Assembly (NCBI GenBank): GCA_903858475.1
Contig: CAIOIZ010000049.1
Span: 1,238-65,237, forward strand
Length of the DNA: 64,000 bases
Reading direction: 5' to 3'
DNA from: an uncultured Bacteroidota bacterium
Lineage (GTDB): Bacteria > Bacteroidota > Bacteroidia > Chitinophagales > Chitinophagaceae
The first letter of the stretch is position 1. Each line of letters starts with the position of its first letter. The translations under genes and the position numbers were made by a program. The notes beneath the pieces were generated by a model. That model saw only the letters and a list, made by a program, of their open reading frames with translations, was not told the origin of the DNA and searched no databases. Positions 1 to 9,639 of this stretch are shown here, in pieces.

Positions 1-819
1 AATGGTGAATTTTTGAATAAGAGAAAAAATGGAGACCCCTATTGGGAAAAAGTAAATATTTCTCAAGTCTATAATACCGCAGGCGAAATCACTCATTTCA
101 TTTCAGTAAAAGAAGAAATTACCCGTCAGAAAGAACTAGAAGCAGAGCAGCAGAGAATGAATGAGGAGCTTCATTCATTCTCTTGGCATTTAAAACACAT
201 CAGTGAAATTGAAAAAAATAAACTGGCCATTGAAATGCATGATGAATTGGGTCAAGGGTTGATTGCTTTAAAAATGGAAGTAGCTCAATTAAAAAAACAT
301 TTATTCGAAGGTCCTTTTGTTTTAGAAACTAGGGTAGATAATTTATTGCATTCCATCAACGAAAAAGTGGAAGCTTTTACTCGAATTTACAATACCGTCA
401 ATCCTACTATTTTGAAAGCATTGGGATTGGAGGCAACATTAGAAAACCTACTTCATTCATTTAAAGAAAAGTCGGCCATTTCTTTCAAGTTCATATATGA
501 ATTGCAAGGTTTGCAAATAGATTACAATACCAATTTAGCACTTTATCGAATCATTAAAGAGGGACTGACCAATATTGTGAATGATTCAGCTGCTACTGAT
601 GCTACTGTTAGCTTGCAGCAAATAGATCATTCAATTCTTTTGAACATAACGGATAATGGAAAGGGTTTTGAGCCAGCTGCAGTAGACGGAGATTATCATT
701 TTGGTATTTTAGGCATGCGTGAAACGGCCTATGCTATTAGTGGATCATTTGAAATTCATTCTACAATTGGCCAAGGTGCAACAATAACCGCGAAGCTGCC
801 TTTGCCCATGCAGGGATAA
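1..819 (+). CDS. PAS/PAC-domain sensor histidine kinase (HisKA_3/HATPase, NarX/UhpB-like); 5' end lies outside the window
   Basis: Frame is open from base 1. PAC-like GEFLNKRKNGDPYWE, H-box HDELGQ, G1 DNGKGF, G2 FGILGMRE. Confidence 0.9.
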   Translation, partial: NGEFLNKRKNGDPYWEKVNISQVYNTAGEITHFISVKEEITRQKELEAEQQRMNEELHSFSWHLKHISEIEKNKLAIEMHDELGQGLIALKMEVAQLKKHLFEGPFVLETRVDNLLHSINEKVEAFTRIYNTVNPTILKALGLEATLENLLHSFKEKSAISFKFIYELQGLQIDYNTNLALYRIIKEGLTNIVNDSAATDATVSLQQIDHSILLNITDNGKGFEPAAVDGDYHFGILGMRETAYAISGSFEIHSTIGQGATITAKLPLPMQG

Positions 820-964
820 GCCTTTTTTATAGCCGCTATTAACCGACGACTTACAAATTAGAATAAAATATATGTTTTTCTCCATACAATAAACTATTGC
901 AGTTTAGCGATTTATATACAGCAAGACGAACTTGCTAGTCCGTACCCTATTAAAAACCACAAGA

Positions 965-1675
965 ATGAGAGTAAACCGTATTGCACCTGCACTGTTGCAG
1001 TTGCTTATGCTAACCGCCGCCAGCCCTTCTCCTTTTTCAGGTTTTACATTTAAAAAAAGTAAGTTTTTTACACCTGCTAAAAAGAAAAAATCATTGTATG
1101 AGGAATGGAATTTAGAATCTATGGGCATTGCAGAAGAAGCTTTCACTACAGCATTAAAAGGGTATCAATTATTAAAATCAACTAATCAATTACTGCAATC
1201 CAATCACCTCACGATTATTGATTACAATCAACCTTCCACACAAAAAAGATTGTATGTATTGGATATGACAACAGGTAAACTTATATTTCATTCATTGGTG
1301 GCACATGGTCAGGGGTCAGGCATTATTTATGCCAGCGATTTTTCTAACGTGCCGGAGTCTTATAAAAGCAGTTTGGGTTTTTATGTAACAGGAAAAGTAT
1401 ATCGTGGTAAAAACGGGTATTCATTGAAGTTACACGGTTTAGAAAAAGACATCAACGATAAAGCCCTGTTTAGAGATATTGTAATACATGGGGCCAAATA
1501 TGTAAGTCAGGACTTTATTAATCAACATGGCTATGTCGGTAGAAGCCAGGGTTGCCCAGCCTTACCCATTGGACTCAACAATCAAATAATAGATCAGATA
1601 AAAGATGGTAGTTGTGTATTTATCTATCATTCCAATAAAAAATACTTAGCACAGTCAACAGTTCTTAATCAATAA
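965..1675 (+). CDS. Murein L,D-transpeptidase catalytic domain protein (YkuD_2-like)
   Basis: VAHGQGSG, SSLGFY and catalytic IVIHGA...GRSQGCPAL motifs. ATG at 965 preferred over TTG at 932. Confidence 0.85.
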   Translation: MRVNRIAPALLQLLMLTAASPSPFSGFTFKKSKFFTPAKKKKSLYEEWNLESMGIAEEAFTTALKGYQLLKSTNQLLQSNHLTIIDYNQPSTQKRLYVLDMTTGKLIFHSLVAHGQGSGIIYASDFSNVPESYKSSLGFYVTGKVYRGKNGYSLKLHGLEKDINDKALFRDIVIHGAKYVSQDFINQHGYVGRSQGCPALPIGLNNQIIDQIKDGSCVFIYHSNKKYLAQSTVLNQ

Positions 1676-1704
1676 TAAACTTACACAATCTACTCAAGTT
1701 ATTA

Positions 1705-1760
1705 TTGTTAGGCACAACAGGAGAGCGATGACCCCACCCCGGATATGGTGGGGTTTTGTT
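1705..1760 (+). other. Intergenic hairpin (ACCCCACC/GGTGGGGT plus T-run): intrinsic terminator and/or 3' end of a small RNA
   Basis: Stem 1731-1738 pairs with 1747-1754 and is followed by TTTTGTT. It lies between convergent genes. Confidence 0.5.
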
Positions 1761-1828
1761 CGTCTATACGTTACTGTAATAAATAGTCTTCTATTTCTGT
1801 ATAAATGGAAACGATGATCTAGCACCAA

Positions 1829-2509
1829 TTAGGTAATGACTAATGCGGCTACTAATTGGCAGAGCAGGCCGAAAACCAGCCCCATATAAATTTCGCGGTT
1901 AGTATGATTGCTTACTATTAAGCGGCTCGTGCAAACCAATCCAGCAATCAATAGGGCAATGCACAATGGCCAAGTCATGAGCATGGTATTGCTTTTCATA
2001 ATTACTAGCCCGATACCAATAAGCCCACCCATGCCTATGGCGTGCATGCTTATTTTATAATAGATATTTGCCATCAAAGCGGCAGAGGCAGATAATAATA
2101 TACCGAAGAAAAAAGCCGTTAGCACAATCGGATATTGATTTTGTTCCCGAAACACGTGGTAGGTCCAAAAAAAGAAAATGCTACAAGCCATATAAGGAAT
2201 GATTCTATCTTTTTGTGTATGTAAAAAAACAGATTGAATAAAGCCAACCCCTTTTAATAGTAATACCGAGAGGAGTGGGAAAAACACTGCGTTTAACAAT
2301 ACAATTAATATAACCTGTGCCTTATCGGGGGTACTAAATCCTGAAAAATAATGAGGGTGCACAAAAATGATAAAGTACACTACATATACGGGAACAAACA
2401 AGGGATGAAAAAGAATAGATACTACATGTGCTGGAATACGCAACCAAAGCGGTTGTTGAATTGCATTAACGCCGTTCTCTTTTTCCAATAGGGGAGATTG
2501 ATTGTCCAT
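1829..2509 (-). CDS. Multi-pass membrane protein, PAP2-like phosphatase superfamily
   Basis: About 6 hydrophobic segments. KISMHA and SRLIVSNHTNRE resemble PAP2 motifs 2 and 3. Confidence 0.6.
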   Translation of the reverse strand: MDNQSPLLEKENGVNAIQQPLWLRIPAHVVSILFHPLFVPVYVVYFIIFVHPHYFSGFSTPDKAQVILIVLLNAVFFPLLSVLLLKGVGFIQSVFLHTQKDRIIPYMACSIFFFWTYHVFREQNQYPIVLTAFFFGILLSASAALMANIYYKISMHAIGMGGLIGIGLVIMKSNTMLMTWPLCIALLIAGLVCTSRLIVSNHTNREIYMGLVFGLLCQLVAALVIT

Positions 2510-2517
2510 GTATAATA

Positions 2518-4005
2518 TTAAAGTTCTTTTCTTAATCTTGCCACAGAAATATTTAATTGTTCCCTGTATTTGGCAACCGTTCTTCGAGCAATATTATATT
2601 TTTTTTCGATGAGTAATTCGGTTAGTCTTTCATCACTCAGCGGCCTTTTTTTATTTTCTCCTTCAATGAGGTCGCTCAGAATTTTTTTCACTTCCCGCGT
2701 ACTCACTTCTTCGCCACTATCCGTTTGTAAACTTTCGCTGAAGAAAAATTTAAGTCGGTAAGTACCAAATTCTGTTTGAACAAATTTGCTATTGGCCACT
2801 CGGCTTACGGTACTGATATCGAGGTAGGTTTTTTCCGCAATGTCTTTAAGAATCATGGGCCGCATTTCAGTTACATCACCCGAAACAAAAAAATCATATT
2901 GGTATGTCATGATGGCTTCCATCGTATTCATGAGGGTATTGTGCCTTTGTTTGATGGCATCAATAAACCATTTGGCCGCATCTATTTTTTGCTTAATGAA
3001 AAGTACCGCTTCTTTTTGTCGTTTATCTCTCTTGCTGCCTCGGTCATAATCTTTCAGCATTTCTTTAAATCCTTCACTGATGCGCAGATCCGGGGCATTT
3101 TTACTATTAAGGGTAAGTTCTAGTTTGCCATTATTATTTAGGATAAAAAAATCGGGGGTGATATAGGTTTCTCCTTTGTGGCTATCGCCAATATTTCCAC
3201 CTGGTTTGGGATTGAGTTTAACGATTTGATTAATGGCTTCTTTTAGTTGCTCATCACTTAAGCCCAGTCCTCTTTGAATTTTTTCGTAGTGCTTCTTGGT
3301 AAACTCATCAAAATATTTCTCCAATACTTTCATGGCAGTTTGCACATGAATACCATCGCTTAATTTTCTTTCTAATTGTAGCAAAAGACATTCCTGTAAA
3401 TTTCTGGCTGCAACACCGGGCGGGTCAAACTGTTGAATTTGCAGTATGAGTTTAGCCACTTCTTCTTCCGTGCTGATGATATTTTGTCGAAAGGCAAGGT
3501 CATCTACGATGGCAATGATGTCTCTTCTCAAATAGCCATCATCATCCAGGCTGCCCAATAATTGTTCGGCTACTTTTTGTTCGTGTTCATCGAGGTTGAG
3601 CATGCTCAATTGCTCCAGCATCAATTCATTGAAGCCCATCTCCACTTTAATAGGAATTACCCTGCCGTCATCTAATTCGGGGTAGTTTTCGTCTCTTAGT
3701 TTATAGTCGCCGATTTCATCATCCCCATCACTAACATATTCGCTGATATCGATATTCTCATATTCATCGGTACTTCCATCTAGTTCAAATTCTTCTTCTT
3801 CGGTTTCTTTGAATTCGTCTTTGCTTTCGTCGTATTCATCTTCATGGCCTTCTTCGCCAGGTTCGAGGGCGGGATTTTCTTCCATTTCCTCTTTGATCCT
3901 TTCTTCTAGCTGTACCGTAGGAATTTGCAGCAATTTCATGAGCTGAATCTGCTGCGGCGAAAGTTTCTGAAGCTGCTTTTGATATAGTCCCTGACTTAAA
4001 GCCAT
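2518..4005 (-). CDS. rpoN: RNA polymerase sigma-54 factor
   Basis: Q/L-rich N-terminus (QKLSPQQIQLMKLLQ), DISTVSRV helix-turn-helix, RpoN box ARRTVAKYRE. Confidence 0.98.
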   Translation of the reverse strand: MALSQGLYQKQLQKLSPQQIQLMKLLQIPTVQLEERIKEEMEENPALEPGEEGHEDEYDESKDEFKETEEEEFELDGSTDEYENIDISEYVSDGDDEIGDYKLRDENYPELDDGRVIPIKVEMGFNELMLEQLSMLNLDEHEQKVAEQLLGSLDDDGYLRRDIIAIVDDLAFRQNIISTEEEVAKLILQIQQFDPPGVAARNLQECLLLQLERKLSDGIHVQTAMKVLEKYFDEFTKKHYEKIQRGLGLSDEQLKEAINQIVKLNPKPGGNIGDSHKGETYITPDFFILNNNGKLELTLNSKNAPDLRISEGFKEMLKDYDRGSKRDKRQKEAVLFIKQKIDAAKWFIDAIKQRHNTLMNTMEAIMTYQYDFFVSGDVTEMRPMILKDIAEKTYLDISTVSRVANSKFVQTEFGTYRLKFFFSESLQTDSGEEVSTREVKKILSDLIEGENKKRPLSDERLTELLIEKKYNIARRTVAKYREQLNISVARLRKEL

Positions 4006-4222
4006 AAATTGGTATACAAAACGATATTTAAATGAAAAGGGTCAATCATTTCAATCTCGATCGGTTTTGTCAGGTTGCTGGAGGAAAAAACCGGCATTAG
4101 TAAAATTGAAATATGCTGTAAATTTACATACATCCTCCCTTGTAAACGATATAAAAAAGCTAATATTTTATTTTTTGCACGATTTTTGTGGATGCGAAAT
4201 TTTTTGAGTGCAAATGGGGGGT

Positions 4223-4247
4223 GTTTATTGGCTTTGGAGCAATAAAC
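4223..4247. terminator. Inverted repeat downstream of the KdnA-like gene; possible terminator
   Basis: GTTTATTG-N9-CAATAAAC. The U-tract is weak on the minus strand. Confidence 0.35.
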
Positions 4248-4325
4248 TTTTAGGCTCGTGAGGTCAGAACCCTAGGGAGCGAAAACAGGAAATTTAGTAG
4301 GAGGCAAGAAAATTCCATTATAGCC

Positions 4326-5528
4326 TCAACCCTTCAATACCCCTTTGATTATCTCCACCATCCTATTTCCCTTCTCCGTAATTTGTTCTGACGTCCAGGA
4401 TAAACTGATGGCAGTAGAAACACAGCGGCTAAGGATGGCATCGCTGGCAGCAAAGTCTTTATTGGCATGGTGTATGACCTGAGCTTTTAATTCGGGACTC
4501 AATGCATTGAGGGTGAGGGCATTTTTAAGATGATCCCACTTGCGAATATAATGCCAGTTATTATCGAACCAATAAAAATTTCCGGCCAATACATTTTGAG
4601 CTTTCATTTCAGCAATCACAGCACGGGTTATTTCGGCTGTGGGTAAATACCAACTGATAAAGGAACAGCTGTCGCCTTCAGGATCGGGAATGGTACGGAA
4701 ACTAATTTCGGGTACGCTTGCCAGTATATTTTTAAGTGCTGCATGATTGCTCTTTTGTGTACTTAAAAATTCATCCAGCCTTTTTATTTGTGCAAGACCC
4801 ACTGCAGCATGCAGTTCACTGATTCTAAAATTATAACCAATAAAAGGGTGCAAATCTGCCCCACGATCTACTCCAACATGATCATGTCCATGGTCGCTAT
4901 AGGCATCGCTGGCAATTAAAACATCTTTGCGGTTGGTCATCACTACACCTCCTTCGGCACAGGTAATGGTTTTTACAAAATCAAAACTAAAGGTACCTGC
5001 GTCGCCAATGGTGCCTAATTGTTTTCCTTTATAAGACCCGCCAATTGCTTGACAGGCGTCTTCTAATAATAGTAAATTATGTTCTTTGCAAATGGCTTGT
5101 AGGGCATCCATATCTGCCATGCTTCCGCACATATGAACCGGCATGATGGCCTTTGTTTTAGGGGTGATGGCATTGCGTACAGCCGTTGGGTTTAGTGTAA
5201 GGCTTTCGTCTACATCCACCATCACTGGCACTGCACCCACACTGAGTACTCCTTCAAAGCTGGCTACAAAAGTGAAACAAGGCATGATTACTTCATCACC
5301 ATATCCAATGCCCAATGCGCTCATGGCGGTGGTAAGTGCTGCTGTACCACTGCTCACCAATTGTGCATATTGCGACCCAAATCTTTCGCAGATGGCGGCT
5401 TCCAATTCCTTGGCCTTCCAAATTCCTTGGCGGGGGCCATCAAAACCATAGCGCATTAAAATTCCTGTTTCCAGTACTTCATTTACTGATTTGCGTTCTG
5501 CATCGCTCCAACGTTCAAAACCGGGCAT
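4326..5528 (-). CDS. kdnA: DegT/DnrJ/EryC1/StrS PLP aminotransferase, KdnA-like (8-amino-Kdo synthesis)
   Basis: EDACQA and SFDFVKTIT (PLP lysine). MPGFE start, DHGHDHVGVDRGA, FRISE and NNWHY match my recollection of Shewanella KdnA. Confidence 0.8.
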   Translation of the reverse strand: MPGFERWSDAERKSVNEVLETGILMRYGFDGPRQGIWKAKELEAAICERFGSQYAQLVSSGTAALTTAMSALGIGYGDEVIMPCFTFVASFEGVLSVGAVPVMVDVDESLTLNPTAVRNAITPKTKAIMPVHMCGSMADMDALQAICKEHNLLLLEDACQAIGGSYKGKQLGTIGDAGTFSFDFVKTITCAEGGVVMTNRKDVLIASDAYSDHGHDHVGVDRGADLHPFIGYNFRISELHAAVGLAQIKRLDEFLSTQKSNHAALKNILASVPEISFRTIPDPEGDSCSFISWYLPTAEITRAVIAEMKAQNVLAGNFYWFDNNWHYIRKWDHLKNALTLNALSPELKAQVIHHANKDFAASDAILSRCVSTAISLSWTSEQITEKGNRMVEIIKGVLKG

Positions 5529-5554
5529 AATTGATAATTATTGGTGATAGGCTG

Positions 5555-5562
5555 CAAAGGTA
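5555..5562 (-). promoter_or_regulatory. Bacteroidota housekeeping promoter -7 element (TACCTTTG) for the KdnA-like gene
   Basis: Exact TAnnTTTG 26 nt upstream of the ATG. Confidence 0.7.
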
Positions 5563-5615
5563 ACAAAAAGCTGGGTTGAGAAGAGAACAGAGTACTGTCT
5601 GGAAATAAAGTTTTC

Positions 5616-6857
5616 CTATTTTTTAAGTGGGTTGGGGAGCTGGGCCGGACTAGCAAAATAATTCAATCGTAAGCTATCGTTCCAGCCATTGGGATTTTTA
5701 TTAAAACTTTTACTACTGAAAAAAATCATGCCTTGTATATTGGCACTTTGTCGAAGCAGTTGTATTTGTCTTGGTATTTGGTTTTTGTCTTTCCAGGCTT
5801 CATTGGAACCAGCCCGGTAAATACCCAGGCCGATATAACAGTTTTTGCCATAGCTATGCTTATTCCACCAGTCAATCAATACTTCATAGGGTGCTGCTTT
5901 GTGCCCAAACTCCCAATATAATTGAGGTGCCACATAATCAATCCATCCCATTTTTAACCATAATAAAATATCAGCATATAGATCATCATAATTGGTTTGG
6001 CCTGCCTTGGTATTACTGCCATCGGGGTCTTTGTCGATATTGCGCCAAACACCAAATGGTGAAATACCGAACTGACATTTTTTATTTTCTTTTTTTATGG
6101 CCTTACTCAGCATTAGTATGATAGAATCTACATTGCTTCTCCTCCAATCATCTTTGTTCATGCCCTTTCCGTAGAGTAAGTATTTATCGTTGTCGGGAAA
6201 TTCTTTTCCAGGAATACGATAGGGGTAAAAATAATCATCAAAATGAATGGCGTCTACGGCATACCGGCTTACTACATCTTTCACTACATTGGTAACATAC
6301 TGCTGCACTTCTTTGTTGCCCGGATCAAAGTAAAGCTTATCGCCATAGGTAATAAACCAATCGGGATGCAATCGGCTGATATGAGTAGCTGCAATACTTG
6401 AGCGACTGGTATTGAATACGGCCCGGTAAGGATTCATCCAGGCATGAAATTCCATTCCTCGTTTATGCGTTTCCGTAATCATGAAAGCCAATGGGTCGTA
6501 ATAAGGCACTGGAGGCCGACCTTGTTTGCCCGTTAACCATTCGCTCCAGGGCTCATAGGGCGAAGGATAGAATGCATCAGTAGCAGGGCGTATCTGTACC
6601 ACCAGGGCATTCATGCCATTGGCTTTGTGCATATCAAGCAATTGTATAAAAGATATTTTTTGCGAATCGGCATTGTAATTGCCCTTGGCCGGCCAGTCGA
6701 TATTATCTACTGAAGCTACCCATACGCCTCTGAATTCACTGATTTTTTGTGCATGTGCAGTAGGCATCATCAATAGTAAACCCAGGCATAACCGAAAAGG
6801 TATCCATTGCAGATAGCGAGGGGCACTCAGCAGTTGAACTGCATTGCAAATTTTCAT
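5616..6857 (-). CDS. Glycosyl hydrolase-like family 10 protein (GHL10, YddW/DigH-like)
   Basis: EFRGVWVASVDNIDWP, HAWMNPYR, FDDYFYP and DYVAPQLYW motifs; signal peptide. Confidence 0.9.
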   Translation of the reverse strand: MKICNAVQLLSAPRYLQWIPFRLCLGLLLMMPTAHAQKISEFRGVWVASVDNIDWPAKGNYNADSQKISFIQLLDMHKANGMNALVVQIRPATDAFYPSPYEPWSEWLTGKQGRPPVPYYDPLAFMITETHKRGMEFHAWMNPYRAVFNTSRSSIAATHISRLHPDWFITYGDKLYFDPGNKEVQQYVTNVVKDVVSRYAVDAIHFDDYFYPYRIPGKEFPDNDKYLLYGKGMNKDDWRRSNVDSIILMLSKAIKKENKKCQFGISPFGVWRNIDKDPDGSNTKAGQTNYDDLYADILLWLKMGWIDYVAPQLYWEFGHKAAPYEVLIDWWNKHSYGKNCYIGLGIYRAGSNEAWKDKNQIPRQIQLLRQSANIQGMIFFSSKSFNKNPNGWNDSLRLNYFASPAQLPNPLKK

Positions 6858-6873
6858 TAAACCGATTTAGGAA

Positions 6874-7326
6874 TTATTTTGGCTGGCGTATTTTATCCAG
6901 CAATTTATTGATTGTCTTTGCTTCGCTTTCAGATAAATTATTAAATACAGCATCCATCTCGTATTCGTGCTCATCCATTTTCGCGAGCAGTTTTTTTCCT
7001 TTTTCGGTGATGGAAACATCTACCAACCTTTTATCTGTTTTGCAAATCACTTTTTTTACGAGTCCTTTTAAAATCAAGCGGTCAACAATTCTGCTAGTAT
7101 CGCTCATCTTATCGAGCATGCGTTGGCGTATTTGTAAAGTAGAGAGCGGTTGTCCAGCGCCCCTCAGAATTCGAAGAATATTGAACTGTTGTGAAGTAAG
7201 TCCGAATTTTTCGAAAAGAATTTTCATTTTTTCAGTCATCCAGTTAAAAGTATAGATGAGATTGATCCCGGCTTTTTGATAGTCATTCCTGAATTTGGAT
7301 TGATTGATATCTTTTTCTATTCCCAT
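6874..7326 (-). CDS. MarR-family transcriptional regulator
   Basis: LTSQQFNILRIL, SRIVDRL..KGLV, DKRLVDVSITEKG winged helix. Confidence 0.93.
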   Translation of the reverse strand: MGIEKDINQSKFRNDYQKAGINLIYTFNWMTEKMKILFEKFGLTSQQFNILRILRGAGQPLSTLQIRQRMLDKMSDTSRIVDRLILKGLVKKVICKTDKRLVDVSITEKGKKLLAKMDEHEYEMDAVFNNLSESEAKTINKLLDKIRQPK

Positions 7327-7359
7327 ATTGTATAATTAAGCGTGTTAAATTATTTTTTA

Positions 7360-8379
7360 CTAGCTAATGGTAGAAGGTGCAAATTCATTAATATAAATTT
7401 TCACCAATATAATCATATAACTGATTAGTAAAGGTCCAAAAATTAATCCCCAGAAACCAAACAGTCCGAGTCCGATGATTATCCCAAAAATGGTAATCAA
7501 TGGATGTACATTTAGTAATTTCTTGAGAATGGTTAAGCGGGCCACATAGTCCATATTTGAAATTAATACCACTGCATAAATCAATAAACCCCAGCCATAG
7601 GCATTTTGACCAATGGAGAAAAAATAAAGGGTCAATGGTAGCCAGACGATGGCAGTACCCACGATGGGTACCATGGAAAAAACACCCGTAACAAAACCCC
7701 ATATCCCAAAATCTTTTACACCGAAGATCCAATAGCCAATGGTGGCAATAATGCCTTGTATAATTGCCAATACTGGTATTCCGATGGCATTGGCCTTGAT
7801 GATATTTTTGGTTTCATTGCCAAGCAAGTCGATATTTTCTTCTTTCAAGGGTATAAAACGTTCCAAGAAAGTTTCCATTTCTCGGCCGTTGGTTAACATG
7901 AAATACAGTAAAAAAAATAGGATGGCAAAATTGCTTAGGATATTGGCAGAACTGTTTAAGAGAGCAGGAACAATCGTAGCTGCTCTCTTTTGAAAATTCT
8001 GTATATTTTCATCAGTCATGATATCATATCCTGTGAGTTCATAAATTTTTCCTCCGACAATTTTAGCATCCATCATTAGTTCTACTGGACTGCTTAATAC
8101 CTCTTTGGTTTTATTGGTAATTAAGGTGACAGAAAAATAAAGTGGCAGTGCAATTAAAAAAATACTGCCTACAATAAGTAGGATGGCCAGTAAAGTTTTA
8201 TTCCATTTTCGTTTAATGGTGAGTTTGAAATAGGAATCCCGGTAAAGAATATACAGCGTAATAGCCCCTAAGAATCCAGGAAGAAAAATGACTAATTGCT
8301 TTAATAATAAAACAGCAAGTAAAAGAATAATGCCGAGTAGAATAACCTGACGCAAGCGATTGTTAAAAATAGAAGGCAT
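7360..8379 (-). CDS. AI-2E family transporter
   Basis: Multi-TM protein with PIVGTAIVW, HPLITIFGIIIG and GLIFGP motifs. Confidence 0.9.
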   Translation of the reverse strand: MPSIFNNRLRQVILLGIILLLAVLLLKQLVIFLPGFLGAITLYILYRDSYFKLTIKRKWNKTLLAILLIVGSIFLIALPLYFSVTLITNKTKEVLSSPVELMMDAKIVGGKIYELTGYDIMTDENIQNFQKRAATIVPALLNSSANILSNFAILFFLLYFMLTNGREMETFLERFIPLKEENIDLLGNETKNIIKANAIGIPVLAIIQGIIATIGYWIFGVKDFGIWGFVTGVFSMVPIVGTAIVWLPLTLYFFSIGQNAYGWGLLIYAVVLISNMDYVARLTILKKLLNVHPLITIFGIIIGLGLFGFWGLIFGPLLISYMIILVKIYINEFAPSTIS

Positions 8380-8448
8380 GGTTAACTATTAATTATTATA
8401 CAAGATACAAATTAAATAGGCGAAAACTACTGAGTTTACTAACGGAGT

Positions 8449-9480
8449 TTAATCTTTCCATACACTTACCCCTTCACTGCAATTAGAGCAGATGTCGATT
8501 GTTTTCCGACTTTTCTTTAAATCGCTGCGAAACTGCTGATATTGTTGATTGCGCCAGATGGCTTTGAAGGATTGGTCTTGCAGATTGCCCAATTGATGGC
8601 TGGCATCTTTGTCGAAACAACAGGGCACTACCAGTCCATCCCAGGTAATCACATTGCTGTGTTGTTGTTTCCAGCAGCGGTTGGCCAATTTATTTTTGGC
8701 TCGATAAGTGCCGTCCTCGTTTTTGCGGTAACGACTAAATTTATCAATACTAGGAATTAGTTGATTGGGGTCGGTTTCATAGTCATATACCTGGGCTGTT
8801 TTAAAGCGCACTTCGTCTACTCCTACCTCTTTTGCCAGCTTTTTGATCGCTTCAATCTGGTGTTCATTTGGTTTTACTACCAAAAACTGAAAAAACACAA
8901 AGGGCGTTTTACTATTTAAAGCTTTTTTCCATTTTACAATATTGCGAGCACCTTCTATCACTTTGTCAATATTGCCGCCAATCCTGTATTGCTGGTATAC
9001 CTCTTGGGTGGTGCCATCTATCGAAATAATTAATCTATCCAATCCGCTTTCAACTGTCTTGCGTGCATTTTCGTCTGTTAGATAATGTGCATTGGTGCTG
9101 GTAGCAGTATAAATTTTTTTTTGAACTGCATATTTTACCATTTCCAAAAAATCGGGATTGAGATAAGGTTCTCCTTGAAAATAAAAGATAAGGTATAATA
9201 ATTCGCGATGAATTTCATCGATGGTGCGGGTAAAAAAATCTGTTTGTAACATGCCAGTCGGTCGCGTAAACTGTCTTAATCCGCTCGGGCATTCGGGGCA
9301 ACGAAGATTGCAACTGGTGGTGGGCTCAAAGGAAATAGAGATAGGGTATCCCCATTGAATGGGTTTATTGAATAGCATGCCAGCATAATAACCTGCGAGT
9401 AATTTCACTCCATTCCAACAACGTGGGATAGTGAGCTTGCGCAGTAAATTGATAGTATCCTGTTTATTAAAACCTGGCAT
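8449..9480 (-). CDS. Radical SAM protein with C-terminal SPASM/twitch domain
   Basis: CNLRCPEC, GEPYL, TSTNA, CW...ITWDGLVVPCCFD...CSNC. ATG at 9480 (MPGFN) chosen over the ORF-track start at 9573. Confidence 0.9.
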   Translation of the reverse strand: MPGFNKQDTINLLRKLTIPRCWNGVKLLAGYYAGMLFNKPIQWGYPISISFEPTTSCNLRCPECPSGLRQFTRPTGMLQTDFFTRTIDEIHRELLYLIFYFQGEPYLNPDFLEMVKYAVQKKIYTATSTNAHYLTDENARKTVESGLDRLIISIDGTTQEVYQQYRIGGNIDKVIEGARNIVKWKKALNSKTPFVFFQFLVVKPNEHQIEAIKKLAKEVGVDEVRFKTAQVYDYETDPNQLIPSIDKFSRYRKNEDGTYRAKNKLANRCWKQQHSNVITWDGLVVPCCFDKDASHQLGNLQDQSFKAIWRNQQYQQFRSDLKKSRKTIDICSNCSEGVSVWKD

Positions 9481-9484
9481 CTGC

Positions 9485-9492
9485 CAAAGATA
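9485..9492 (-). promoter_or_regulatory. TATCTTTG -7 element immediately upstream of the radical SAM ATG
   Basis: Exact TAnnTTTG, only 4 nt (GCAG) before the ATG. Confidence 0.55.
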
Positions 9493-9639
9493 ATTTATTA
9501 ATAGCCGCCGTGTTGCTGATTTCAGCATCAGGTATAATTTTTTCCCAATATAGAGAATAGCAAGGAGCTGCATAAATCCGATGTAGGGTTGCCATATGAT
9601 AAAAAAAACTGAACTTTAATTAATAGATTTGAAACAATT

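Noticed and set aside
2570-3123. Plus-strand ORFs inside rpoN, and the many similar antisense or off-frame ORFs in the track
   Set aside because: Shadows of well-supported genes, with no independent motifs.
4175-4189. Sigma-54-like site TTGCACGATTTTTGT near rpoN
   Set aside because: Lacks the invariant -24 GG and -12 GC, and points away from rpoN with no gene to drive.
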